Source of the DNA: Podarcis filfolensis
Lineage: Eukaryota
Assembly (NCBI GenBank): GCA_964270895.1
Contig: OZ185437.1
Strand: one strand, 5' to 3'
Length of the DNA stretch: 64,000 nt
The position numbers were made by a program, and so were the translations under genes. How positions within the stretch are numbered: the first letter of the stretch is position 1; every line of letters begins with the position of its first letter. Under the pieces are notes generated by a model. The model was given only the letters and a program-made list of their open reading frames with translations, had not been told where the DNA came from and ran no database searches. Shown here in pieces: positions 23,801 through 33,123 of the stretch.

Positions 23801-26800
23801 CTGATCTTTCTCCTGGAGGCCAGATGTTAACACAAAAAGTGAAAAGATAGGGGTGGGTTGGCACTTATATTTTCAACAAGTGTCTGAGTCTTTTAAAAAA
23901 GCAAAAACTAAAATGTCCCCCTGAGCAAGTACATTTTGCATCCTTTCCAAATGCAACCAAGAGGCCACAAAGCAAGTGATGCAGTATGAAACAGCATCTT
24001 TCAGGATGGTGTCCATGACATGGGTATTTTGAGTGAGAAAACCACCACTTCATGTGTTTGCCATCAGTAGTCACATAGTAAAATGGTAGTCACATAGAAA
24101 AACGTGATAGTAAAAAAACAGCAACCAAAATGTTCCACACTTCAGGTAACAGTGCAGCAACTTCCCCCCACATTTTTTTTAAAAGTAATCCCTCTTAGAT
24201 ACACACAGCACATTTACTGATAATTGGAAACTGTTGAGAAAATACTTAATGGAGAGAGTGTTTGATCATCCACAGAAGAAGTACATATACACCGTTCCAC
24301 TTTCCAGTTCAGCAGACAGGACTGAACACGCAGAGAGCTCTTTCTTAAAAGCTACACCCAAGGAATATGCTAGCCCAGAGGTGGAGTGTGGGGTTGAATC
24401 AATAGGATTTTAACTTTGAAAAAGAAAATGGGGGCATCTACACGTACGTACTCACAGGGACATGTTCTGTCGGAGTGTTCTTAATTTGTGGTGGTCTAGG
24501 GTTTTATAGACTAGAGATGACTTCATCCAGTGAAATGGTACCTAGTCCATGAAAGCTTTTGAGCCACTCAAATTTCAAGCCTTTAAGGTGCTACGGGATT
24601 CCTTTCATACAAACTACTTCATACCGTAGTTTATATTGGGTCACAATGTTTATTCCCACTAGACCCATTGAAGTGAATGCCCATGACTAATCAGGTCCAT
24701 TCATTTCAATGGGTCTAGTCCGAGTAAAAGTTAGTTGAAAAGGCAAGATATAAATAAATAGATATAATAACATTAATGAAAGTATTAAGACTCATTCTTG
24801 CATTTGAAATCCAGGCAACAACTACACAGTAAAAGATTCAACCAACTGTAATAAAACAGTCAAGTTCTTAGTTGACCAGTTCCCAGAATTTAAAGACTGC
24901 ACCTGCACTAACGATAACTGCAGCACTACAGCGTTGCTTGGCAAGCAATGTTTTGGGAATAAAGGTAACAGATTATTTTCTTCTCTAGAACAAAATAATG
25001 TAGTGTAATCATGGCCCTGATAAGGCTATTAACAGCTGCTAGAAATGGGAGCCGTATGGTACTTTGAGGATCAGAGGCTCTCAGCCATTTGCTGGGGAAT
25101 GATTGAGGGAGAGGTCATGTCTTGCTTGCATGATGGACATGGGCATCTGGGTTACCACTGGGGGAAGAAGGATGCTGAGCTTTGGTCTGATGCAGCAGAG
25201 CTCTTGTTATGCTCTTATGTTCATTATGGCTTAGAGGTTTAGCTTTGACAAACTATCGGATTCAAATATTATATGGATCTTCGACCTCTAATTAGGAGAC
25301 TGTGACTTTCCTAAGCAATTATAGTAGTCACCGGAGTCCAAAATTCAAGACAAATAAAGTACCATTCAAATCCAGACAAAACCAGTGGATTATTCCCTTC
25401 TCCCCAAGAACCCCCCACACTCAGCTTTTCAGGTTTTTCAGGGGGGCACAGGAAGCTGCAAGAGGGGAGAGGAGGGGAGGGGGACTTCCTTCCATGAACT
25501 TCCCTTAGGATCCAAGCCAATTCATCAACCTTTTAAGACCAGCAATGAACCCTGCAAAATGACAGGGTTATGGACTCCAGCTACCATCTTGATTAACATA
25601 AAAAAGCAGAGAGGAAAAGACTAGTCTTCAATTAATATCTGAAGGAAGAAAAAGTGAGAGCTAAGAGCACACCACGAGGCATAATTCCACCCTTAGGTGC
25701 TGCTGTAGAGAAGGTTCTATCCTGGATCAGCCTCACAAATAGGCAGAGTGAGGCATTCGCCTCAGACAGCAGATGCTTAAAAATGCAGTAAGGACAGAAA
25801 CGTGTGTTTCGCATGACCAGTCCTGCACTCCCATAGCTAGCCTGCTATCTTCAGGTGTAGTGCGGAGGACAGTGTCAAAAGTCAGATTCATTTTCCAGTT
25901 TAGTTGGCTTTTTGTAAATATCATCCTCCGCTTCAGGCAGCAAAATATCTTGGGTTGGCCCTGGTACCATCCCAAATAATCATTTGGGGGGAAATAAAAG
26001 CACAATTCATGTAGCTGCTCCTTTGCTTATCAGTTTTTACAGTCAGCCTGATTGCATTTGAAAGATGCAGCCGTGAGCATGATCTATCCTACTGACTTTG
26101 CGCGCAAATTCTCTTTTGCACAGGGAAATCGAAGCTTTACATGAGCACAGATGTCCAGTTAGGATTCCTGCCACAGACAAAATTGCAAGAGACGGTGCAC
26201 CCAGGCATGTTAGGAACCGACTGCGCGGTTGCAAAGGAAATATGCCGAGGAGATGACACCTGTTTCTTGCCGTACAAGAAATTCCAGAGAATGTGCAGAA
26301 CCAAAGTAGCAAACTGTAGCCTCCATGTGGTGGTACAGCAATGCCTCACAGCATGGAAGGAGTTAAGGAGAACAGTCCTGGGGAGCTGCATATGCCCAGA
26401 ACCACTGCATAAAAGATGCACTAAAATATGGAAGCATATATTTAACAACACATGCGTACAATACACCCAGGAATACCAAGCTTCTGCCATTCAGGAGGAA
26501 ACCTATGCAGGCTTTGATGCAGGTAAATGATGAAGAGTGATCTCTTCAATAACACCAGTTCAAAGATACTGTTCCTAGCAACCTTGAAATGAATAGGTTT
26601 GATGGCACAAAGCGCCACTTTTTACATTTTAATTTAAAAAAAATGCAGAAAAACTGGTGGTGGGTTGGGTTGGGGTTCTCCCTGTTGACACCACTGCCCA
26701 CAAATCCAAGCCCGAAGTTATCATGCTTATACGGAGTCCCAGTGACCTCTGTGTGCATTGCTTACAGGTTCTCATGCATAAGACTGGACTGCTGAAATCG

Positions 26801-29800
26801 ACGTGACTTGCTTCTGTGCAAATATGTGTCAAGTTGTGGCATCACAACTAACTTCTGCTGCATTGTTCTCAAGGTCTTCCATGCAGGATCAAACATAGTC
26901 AGCCACAATGTGGCAGGAAACACCCTAGAATCCTACAAGAGATGTAGAGATGGCCACTAACTTGGACAGGAGTAGATACATCCATGGAAGATCAGGAGCC
27001 ACGAGCCGTGAAGTCTGTGTTCCACCTCCAGTGTTGGAGGATGTAACCAAGTGGATTGGTTACATTTTCCTTCAAAATTATAGGAAGGGCTTTGTATGCC
27101 AGCTTCCTTCATTTGGTGCAAGTATTTTATTTTTGGTATAAACAGGACTCTGTTTTTGCACCTACAGACACACAAACACACACCAAAGGTTTCTGTTTCC
27201 AAAAAGGACAAAGGGGTAGTCTGATCTCTCCAGCACTTATAATTGCTCTCCAAGACATAGAGGGAAGGAAAAGGGAAAACCTGGACATTCTGGGGTCAAA
27301 TCAGAAACCAAGATGGCTCCTGTAACTCTGGGACTGTCCCTGGAAAATTGGGACACTTCGAGGGTATGTCATAGGCAACTGGTTGGGCATGGATAGAACA
27401 GATTGCAGGAACAGATTGGTCTTTGGCCCGATGCAGAAGGGCTTTCTCATGTTCTTGCGTTAATCCATTCTTTTTATAGATAATTTTGTTGCCTCAGCTA
27501 GATACCTCCTCAAATAACCATTGAATCTGGACTGTGTACCTAAGCCCAAAGACAGAGAGTTATTTGCCTTCCCTCTGTTTTTAATTCCACGTTGCTGTAG
27601 CTCGCTGTAGCTCAAACATCATTTACTCAGTTATGTTGTTACTCCTATGTTTGGATTTCTTCTAGGCAATTCAGATAAAATTGAAGCTGATGTGTAAATG
27701 CTAAGAGGAAACAGCAGGTGCAGGAGTCAGCAATTGACATGAACAACACTTGTCCCAACACTTGCAGCTGTTGCATTATGCAATCAGTGCATGTGAGTCA
27801 ATATCAGACAATGCTTTAAATTCATATGGTTTGCATCTATTCTCCTGCCCTGTTCACTGAATCAGGAGCTATGGCAAGCTACAGTTCCCATCCATCCCAA
27901 TGGCAATGCTCAGAAGTGTTTAGCCTTTAAAAATGAAACATAAAAGGCCTCATCTGACCATGCAAACAACATGAACAAAGATGGTAGGGAGATCATCTTT
28001 GCTGCCACCAGCAGAAACCAGCAGGTAACAGTCTGGTGTCTGCAGTCTATGGAGGACCCCTCCCCATCCATGGGTCCTATCAGCTGTCTGAATATACTGA
28101 TTACTGACACCAAGCCTGGTGAAAAGGTAAGGTTGATGTTACTCTGTGCTCCACACTCCAACGTTGTCTTTGGCTATTGGGGTTGATGGAAGCTGGAGTC
28201 AAACAACATGAGCCCCACCTTTGCTCTAAACTAGGAATGCCTCTGCTAAAGGCCGTCAAATAACCTGATCATCATTTTTTTCTTAGCGTTGGGTTTCATT
28301 GCAAACTGCTGCTTCCATTTCAAATCTGCAATTAATTTACAACATGTAATCCGTATAATATGTATCTCCTTCGTTGTAGATCACCTGAAAATAAAATCAC
28401 AGTGGAAGTCATCGTCTCTTTCAAACTATGGTAAACATTAGCCTACTTTTTAAACATTTCTATACCCTGTATCGATTTCAGCTTTGTGGCCCACATAAAT
28501 TATGAGTAATCCAGCTTCCTGACCCCGTGCAGAATGAGACACTGCAAGCTCATTGCAAGAGCTGGAAACCGTGATGGGCTAGGGAAAGTTACAAGGGCTA
28601 AACTGAGAGGTCTGGAGGGCCATATTAAGCCCCCAGGCCTGAAGTTCACCACCCCAATGTATGACAGAATGAATGTTTTTTTCAGAAAATGCAAATAGAA
28701 ATGGGTTGCCTATAGTAGAGTGACCACCATGTAAAAAATTCAAGGGAGAGTTGGAGAACTATTGTGCTTGCAAAATCACTCCTCGTACCCCTATCTCTAT
28801 CGTCTTGTGAACACTTTGCTGTTTCCTCAGAATACAAACACCTGCGCTCCTGCTTCCAAGTCAAAGTGGACTGTGTCAATGACGGAGTCTGTAACAGACA
28901 ACTATCTCGCTACCTTCAAGCCTGCCAAGCTAATGCAACACAGTGCAATTGGAATCGATGCCAAGCAGCTCTGCGGTCCTTCTATGAAAACATGCCTTTG
29001 AACGTAGCCCTGCTGTTGACCTTTTGTGATTGCATGCCGTCAGATGAAAACTGCCGCCAAGCCAAGGGATTCCTTCATGGCACACTATGTGGAGTCAATA
29101 TGGTCCCAGCTCCTTCATGCCTCAGTGTAATTGACACATGCCAAAGAAACGAGATCTGCTGGTAAGTGGAAATACACATTTTTGGTTGACTGCTGGCACA
29201 TGTGTGTTTAATATAAAAATGCACAAGGAGCCCAAGATGATCTCTTATTTATTTGCTCATTCACAATGCACCAAATAATGTTTGCTTTCCAACCTACACC
29301 ACAAGCAAAAGCTGTAAGAGGGTTTTTCTGTGATTTAAGCCTTCCTCCTAACCATCTCTGTCATTCAGGAAATTCATATAGATCTTTTGCAGGACATGTA
29401 CATTTTAACTGTTATTGAATATGCACCCTATAATCCAATCACTGCAAGGTGGTCAAACCGGCAGATATTGCACTTTAAGACTGTGTTACCCCCAAGGCTG
29501 GTCATGGGACTTGGTGCTTTTTAGTAGCATTTTCATCCTGGTCCTGGAGATACTCAGCGGAGTAAAGGATTTGGGATCTTAGCAGGAGCTTCAGAAGGCT
29601 GATACACTCTTCCCTGCTGCTGATACCTCTCCTGCTGTTCCTGTTGCCTCTCCAATGACATAACTCTAATGCTAAAGCACATGAGCACATCTACACAGAT
29701 GTAAAAATAATCAATATGCATAATTTAACATAGAGGTGCATACAGATTAACACTGAAAACACTGCAGGCAAATAAAGCCATAGGAGATGACAGGACTGGG

Positions 29801-32800
29801 CCGCCAGTAGCAGACAGGACCATTCAAGGTCTAAAAGTTCTAGGCTTGCATTGAGAGCAGAGTTAGGGTCAAGTTACAGCTTATTATGTGCCATTCACCC
29901 AGCAATGTCTCTTGTTTATCTTCGATTTTGAGGATCATAGCACATGGAGGCGGGGAAGATGTTAAACCCACCTCCCCAGCTTCAACTTCCCAAACATTGC
30001 TCCCCATTGAGGGTATGACGCTTTAGGGTATGAACATGTCCAAGCTATATGTCCCTTGTTTTGTCACTTACAAGAAATTCTTCATTTTTCTTTCATTTTG
30101 TTATTTGCTAATCTATCCTTCAGCTCTCCCTGAATTATACATGAAAGGGAATAAAGGTAAAGGTAAAGGGACCCCTGACCATTAGGTCCAGTCATGACCG
30201 ACTCTGGGGTTGTGGCGCTCATCTCGCTTTATTGGCCAAGGGAGCCGGCGTACAGCTTCCGGGTCATGTGGCCAGCATGACTAAGCCGCTTCTGGCGAAC
30301 CAGAAAAGCCGTTTACCTTCCCGAAGCGGCACCTATTTATCTACTTGCACTTTGACGTGCTTTCGAACTACTAGGTTGGCAGGAGCTGGGACCGAGAAAC
30401 GGGAGCTCACCCAGTCGCGGGGATTTGAACTGCTGACCTTCTGACCGGCAAGCCTTAGGCTCTGTGGTTTAGACCACAGCGCCACCCGTGTCCCAGATGA
30501 AAGGGAATACCAGGAAGAATAAAATGCATACACATTTCTCTTTCCACAGGGCCAAGTATGAAGCATTTACATCTAAGTGTTTAAAACCCTTCGCCCGACA
30601 ATGCCTTGAAGATAAAGCTTGTTTCGAATCTTTGAATGCAAATGATCTGATGTGTTCTGACAGTGATGAGTGCCGAGCTGCTTATGTCGGAATGTGGGGG
30701 TCTGTCCTTCGAGGAGTCGAGTGTACCTGTGACACAACGCCACTAGCTAAGCAGACTGCATGCAAGTGGTTCCATCATATCCTCCACAGCAAATCCTGCT
30801 TCAGTAAGTTGAACTAACCCAAAGGAGCACCTCTCTCTTAATCAACCTGCCCAGGCCTTACAATTTGCCTTGTACCTTTGCCAGGAGGTCCCATTATGTG
30901 GGAACGAATGAATGAGTCAACCAGTTAACCATTTGCAGCTTAAAGTTTGCTTCATCTGCTAACAGGGGGAAAAAGATTCCTGTTTTTTAATGGCCTTATG
31001 ATAAAATGGGAATTCTAGCAAAATTGGCACCAGGCACACACAAAAGCAAGGCATCAGCAGGTTTAGAGGATTCTCAAGAGTTGCAGAAGTACACAAAACA
31101 TTTAAGGGGGAAAAACTCTACAAGAATTTGTGTTTTTTTAATTACCCAATGGGGACTGAAGATGCTCCGTTGGCACAGGTTACTGGCTGGCTGTTGCGGC
31201 AGTAGGCAAAGGGACAGAAATCTGAGAGGAGGTGGAATGAAGTATCCTGAAAAAGGGCCCAGATGACAGGGTGGAATCCTGGACAGAAGCACTTCACAAT
31301 CCAGCATTTGTTGCAGGCTCTGCTGGCTTTCACACAATTGCTCTCTTTTTATATCCTCTTCAATTTACAGCTCAGATATCAGGTGGAAAAGCTGACCTTT
31401 ACTCATCACGTATGGTTCTACCTGGAAAAATACTTCCTGTAACTGGAGAACGGTCTTCATTGTACAGTAAGTTTGGCTTTTTATAAAAAAAATGAAAAAG
31501 CTCCCATAAAGGTCACTGGAGAGCCACAATTTTATGAGAGGCATAGGCTCCCACAGAAGAAAACAAAAAAAAAGCACCAATCAAGGGGTCAAGGAAAGGA
31601 ATCAAACCAAACTTTTAAATATTATTATTAAGAATCCTGGAAGCAAACTTAACATAGAAACCTCCTTCAGGGATAGTTTTTAGAAGCTGAAAGAAAAAAT
31701 GAAATATGGTGATCAAGACCCTAGGAGATATTAAGCTGAGGACAGTGAATATTTGGTTTTAATTTGTACTATAGTGACTGCATAAAATACTCTTTGATCA
31801 ATGTTTTAATTCTGTTTCCATAATTTAATTTTTAGCGGACACAATCATTATAATGATATACACCTCTTGCATAATCTTGGTGCTGGCGATAATCCTGCTG
31901 ACTTTGTTAAAGACCAGGTAATTGCAATGCTTGTGTGGGGAATGCAGGGCTTCGCAGGAAATGTGTGAGAACGTCCTGTTTCCATAGTGTGTGGCTTCTG
32001 AATCCTGCGGAACCCTTTTCCTATTTGGTTCCAAGACAAACGGAGAGTTTCACTATTGCCAGTAAAATAGAAAAGACACATGAGGAATGCACATGAACTG
32101 AATAAGAAATGAAATGAATTGTGTACTGCATGTATCAGATAAGGCAGTATGTGCTGAGTCAAACTGTAATCTTAAATTTAGGAAAAAGTGTTATTTTATA
32201 CTGTAAAATAAAGTTCAGAACCATAATACAGTCCCGTCCCCTGTATGGAATGCAAGAGAACATGGGTGTAGCCAGGATTTATGTTGGGGGTGGGAGCAGG
32301 ACACCCACCTATCCTGTTCCAGAACCGAGCTACCTGCAATGCGATTGGTCAGTTTGTGGATGCCATGCCTGTCACTCAGTTGGGTTACCAATTGCATCGC
32401 CAGAATATGGCACAACATCATCCAAGTGACCTCAGTGAGCATTTCTAGTTCAAATATTCTGATTATTTCTACTTTTAGTTAAGTATTTTTATTTATTTAC
32501 TTGATTAGGGGGCAGCTGCCCCCCACCCCAGCTACACCCATGCAAGAGAGAAAATTGGGTGGCATAGAGAATATTTATGCATTCCTTCAAGCTCCACCCA
32601 TTTATGGCTTTGGCGCCACCCACCATAAGCATGTAGTTCTGACAGAAAAATTGGCCCTCAGCAAAAACATCCATTCTCCACACTTTAAAAAATAAAATAA
32701 AACAGCAGTTAAGGAGGAACACTTACAATTTATGACCTAAAAGACACCAGCTGCCCTGTAACAGAAGGCGCACCATCCAGTTAATGTTCAGTGGATTTAT

Positions 32801-33123
32801 TTCAATGACAGGCTGTATGTTTAACTTTCTTCTGGGAATCAAAGGGAGCTCAAAGTGCTTAACTGTGACTGGGTCATACCCAACATTTACACAGCAAGTG
32901 ATAATGGCTATTGATTTCGGTCAAGTAGATTGTGTAGCTCGTGTTTCATGGGTATAGAGAATGATGTTAATGCAACACACATTTGTTTGTTTTCAGAGCT
33001 TGCACAACTGTGTATCAGGCCAAGACTGTTTCGCCAGCCCATTTATCCGAGAAGCTCATGATGCCTCGACGACCGTGGATCACCGACTGCGTCGATAATG
33101 CTATTTCAGGCTCTTCTCGTTAG
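16718..33123 (+). CDS. GFRAL: GDNF family receptor alpha-like (GDF15 receptor), complete gene span; 10 coding exons, 1647 nt, 548 aa
   Basis: Exons 16718-16739, 21360-21494, 24815-24964, 26124-26522, 28380-28430, 28831-29161, 30550-30803, 31371-31466, 31836-31917 and 32997-33123 are all GT-AG and phase-compatible. They give signal peptide + 4 Cys-rich GFR domains + TM + tail. Sizes 22/135/331/96 equal human GFRAL exons as recalled, and synteny between HCRTR2 and HMGCLL1 fits. Confidence 0.92.
17312..18419 (-). mobile_element. 5'-truncated L1/Tx1-type LINE, interrupted by a Sauria SINE
   Basis: Minus strand EEGSFYHMWWSCSKVKAYWEMIYNELKKMFKITFVKRPEAFLLGI (ORF2 C-terminal zinc region); (AATAAG)n tail; 11-bp TSD TCAGATAGCCA (17301-17311, 18420-18430); same family as 53929-55051. 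Confidence 0.88.
17973..18310 (+). mobile_element. Sauria SINE nested in L1
   Basis: GACCCCTGACCATTAGGTCCAGTC...TTTACCTTCCCGCTGGAGCGGTACCTATTTATCTAC...TTAGACCACAGCGCCACCCG; 9-bp TSD TCTTAGACC (17964-17972, 18311-18319). Confidence 0.93.
19667..20456 (+). mobile_element. Solo Ty3/gypsy LTR (LTR-B, 790 bp), sense in GFRAL intron 1
   Basis: TGTCAGG...CTCTGACA termini; AATAAA at 20384-20389; perfect 5-bp TSD CATGT (19662-19666, 20457-20461); CpG-rich. Confidence 0.92.
19707..20342 (+). CDS. Putative LTR-encoded ORF (211 aa; acidic/Ser/Gly-rich, Arg-rich C-terminus)
   Basis: Frame is open from the first LTR codon (19668) to TGA 20340-20342; gaaATGG context; coding status unproven. Confidence 0.4.
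   Translation: MENEGEESEGSVGEYDSGPRDSMSFSSESEDSQKGAPTVRARGVPGGTHQKQGASGEPQSSSGGSGPVSPPERSGGEESHVSGPASPPAGRESDSGLTTPPTEGRSVAASPPRGGSSDSSSETVRRKAAGWARAPSSNVQARGTAGDPDGEPAPKALRREGEGSGDSASEESRKGETPTDRQNQRRKEQRKRWSKARVLNWCLGEHQRSES
20484..20837 (+). mobile_element. Sauria SINE (CpG-rich variant) inside (TA)n
   Basis: AAAGGTAAAGGTACCCC start, CTTCCGGGTCACGTGGCCAGC, TTTACCTTCCCGCTGG, CACAGCGCTACCCG end; (TA)n on both sides (20464-20483, 20838-20876). Confidence 0.92.
21360..21494 (+). CDS. GFRAL: GFRAL exon 2 (signal peptide end, first half of N-terminal Cys domain)
   Basis: ttgcag|TGCTGGTA ... ATTTCAG|gtaact; 135 nt; VLVLHSMHVTAFQTSRCQELRERCEAAGNGCESVWALLEEVCCIS. Confidence 0.93.
22048..22465. 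mobile_element. Degraded Tigger/pogo-like MITE
   Basis: Left end CAGGAGTCTCCCCAGTTCAGCAGGGGTTATGTTCC resembles Tigger termini; right end only loosely inverted. Confidence 0.35.
22966..23464 (-). mobile_element. Short 5'-truncated L1/Tx1-like LINE 3' end
   Basis: Minus strand ...EEDTFTPVWLPFITYT...SIWLT*, then 3'UTR and A-rich tail; 13-bp TSD CCAGTTTAAAGTT (22953-22965, 23465-23477). Confidence 0.8.
24815..24964 (+). CDS. GFRAL: GFRAL exon 3 (second half of N-terminal Cys domain)
   Basis: ccag|GCAACAAC ... AATAAAG|gtaaca; 150 nt; GNNYTVKDSTNCNKTVKFLVDQFPEFKDCTCTNDNCSTTALLGKQCFGNK, aligns to human ...CNLSIQYLVESNFQFKECLCTDD...LLGKKC. Confidence 0.92.
26124..26522 (+). CDS. GFRAL: GFRAL extra exon encoding an additional 10-Cys GDNF/GAS1-type domain
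   Basis: ttttgcacag|GGAAATCG ... GATGCAG|gtaaat; 399 nt, phase 1-1, no stops; C-x6-C-x5-C-x10-C-x6-C-x8-C-x14-CxC-x7-C-x11-C. Confidence 0.88.
28380..28430 (+). CDS. GFRAL: GFRAL linker exon (DHLKIKSQWKSSSLSNY)
   Basis: ttgtag|ATCACCTG ... AACTATG|gtaaac; 51 nt, phase 1-1; resembles human linker NVKEDKFKWNLTT. Confidence 0.75.
28831..29161 (+). CDS. GFRAL: GFRAL D2 exon (ligand-binding domain)
   Basis: cctcag|AATACAAA ... ATCTGCTG|gtaagt; 331 nt; SCFQVKVDCVNDGVCNRQLSRYLQAC...FCDC...CGVNMVPAPSCLSVIDTC. Confidence 0.96.
30154..30496 (+). mobile_element. Sauria SINE
   Basis: Typical body; 13-bp TSD ATGAAAGGGAATA (30141-30153, 30497-30509). Confidence 0.95.
30550..30803 (+). CDS. GFRAL: GFRAL D3 exon
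   Basis: ccacag|GGCCAAG ... TGCTTCA|gtaagt; 254 nt; AKYEAFTSKC...CSDSDECRAAY...CTC...HSKSCF. Confidence 0.96.
31371..31466 (+). CDS. GFRAL: GFRAL juxtamembrane stalk exon
   Basis: ttacag|CTCAGATA ... TTGTACA|gtaagt; 96 nt, phase 1-1. Confidence 0.8.
31836..31917 (+). CDS. GFRAL: GFRAL transmembrane exon
   Basis: ttttag|CGGACACA ... AAGACCAG|gtaatt; 82 nt; TDTIIIMIYTSCIILVLAIILLTLLKTR is a hydrophobic helix followed by basic residues. Confidence 0.88.
32261..32542. mobile_element. hAT-type MITE (282 bp)
   Basis: Perfect 12-bp TIR CATGGGTGTAGC / GCTACACCCATG; 8-bp TSD CAAGAGAA / CAAGAGAG (7 of 8 match). Confidence 0.8.
32997..33123 (+). CDS. GFRAL: GFRAL last coding exon (cytoplasmic tail)
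   Basis: ttttcag|AGCTTGC; phase-2 compatible; (R)ACTTVYQAKTVSPAHLSEKLMMPRRPWITDCVDNAISGSSR*; CpG-retaining like coding DNA. Confidence 0.7.

Noticed and set aside
29162-29165. In-frame TAA at the GFRAL D2 donor giving a soluble isoform on intron retention
   Set aside because: An automatic consequence of a phase-2 GTAAG donor; no sequence evidence for retention.
31848-32162. 104-aa minus-strand ORF overlapping the GFRAL TM exon
   Set aside because: No recognisable domain; partly the antisense of a real exon.
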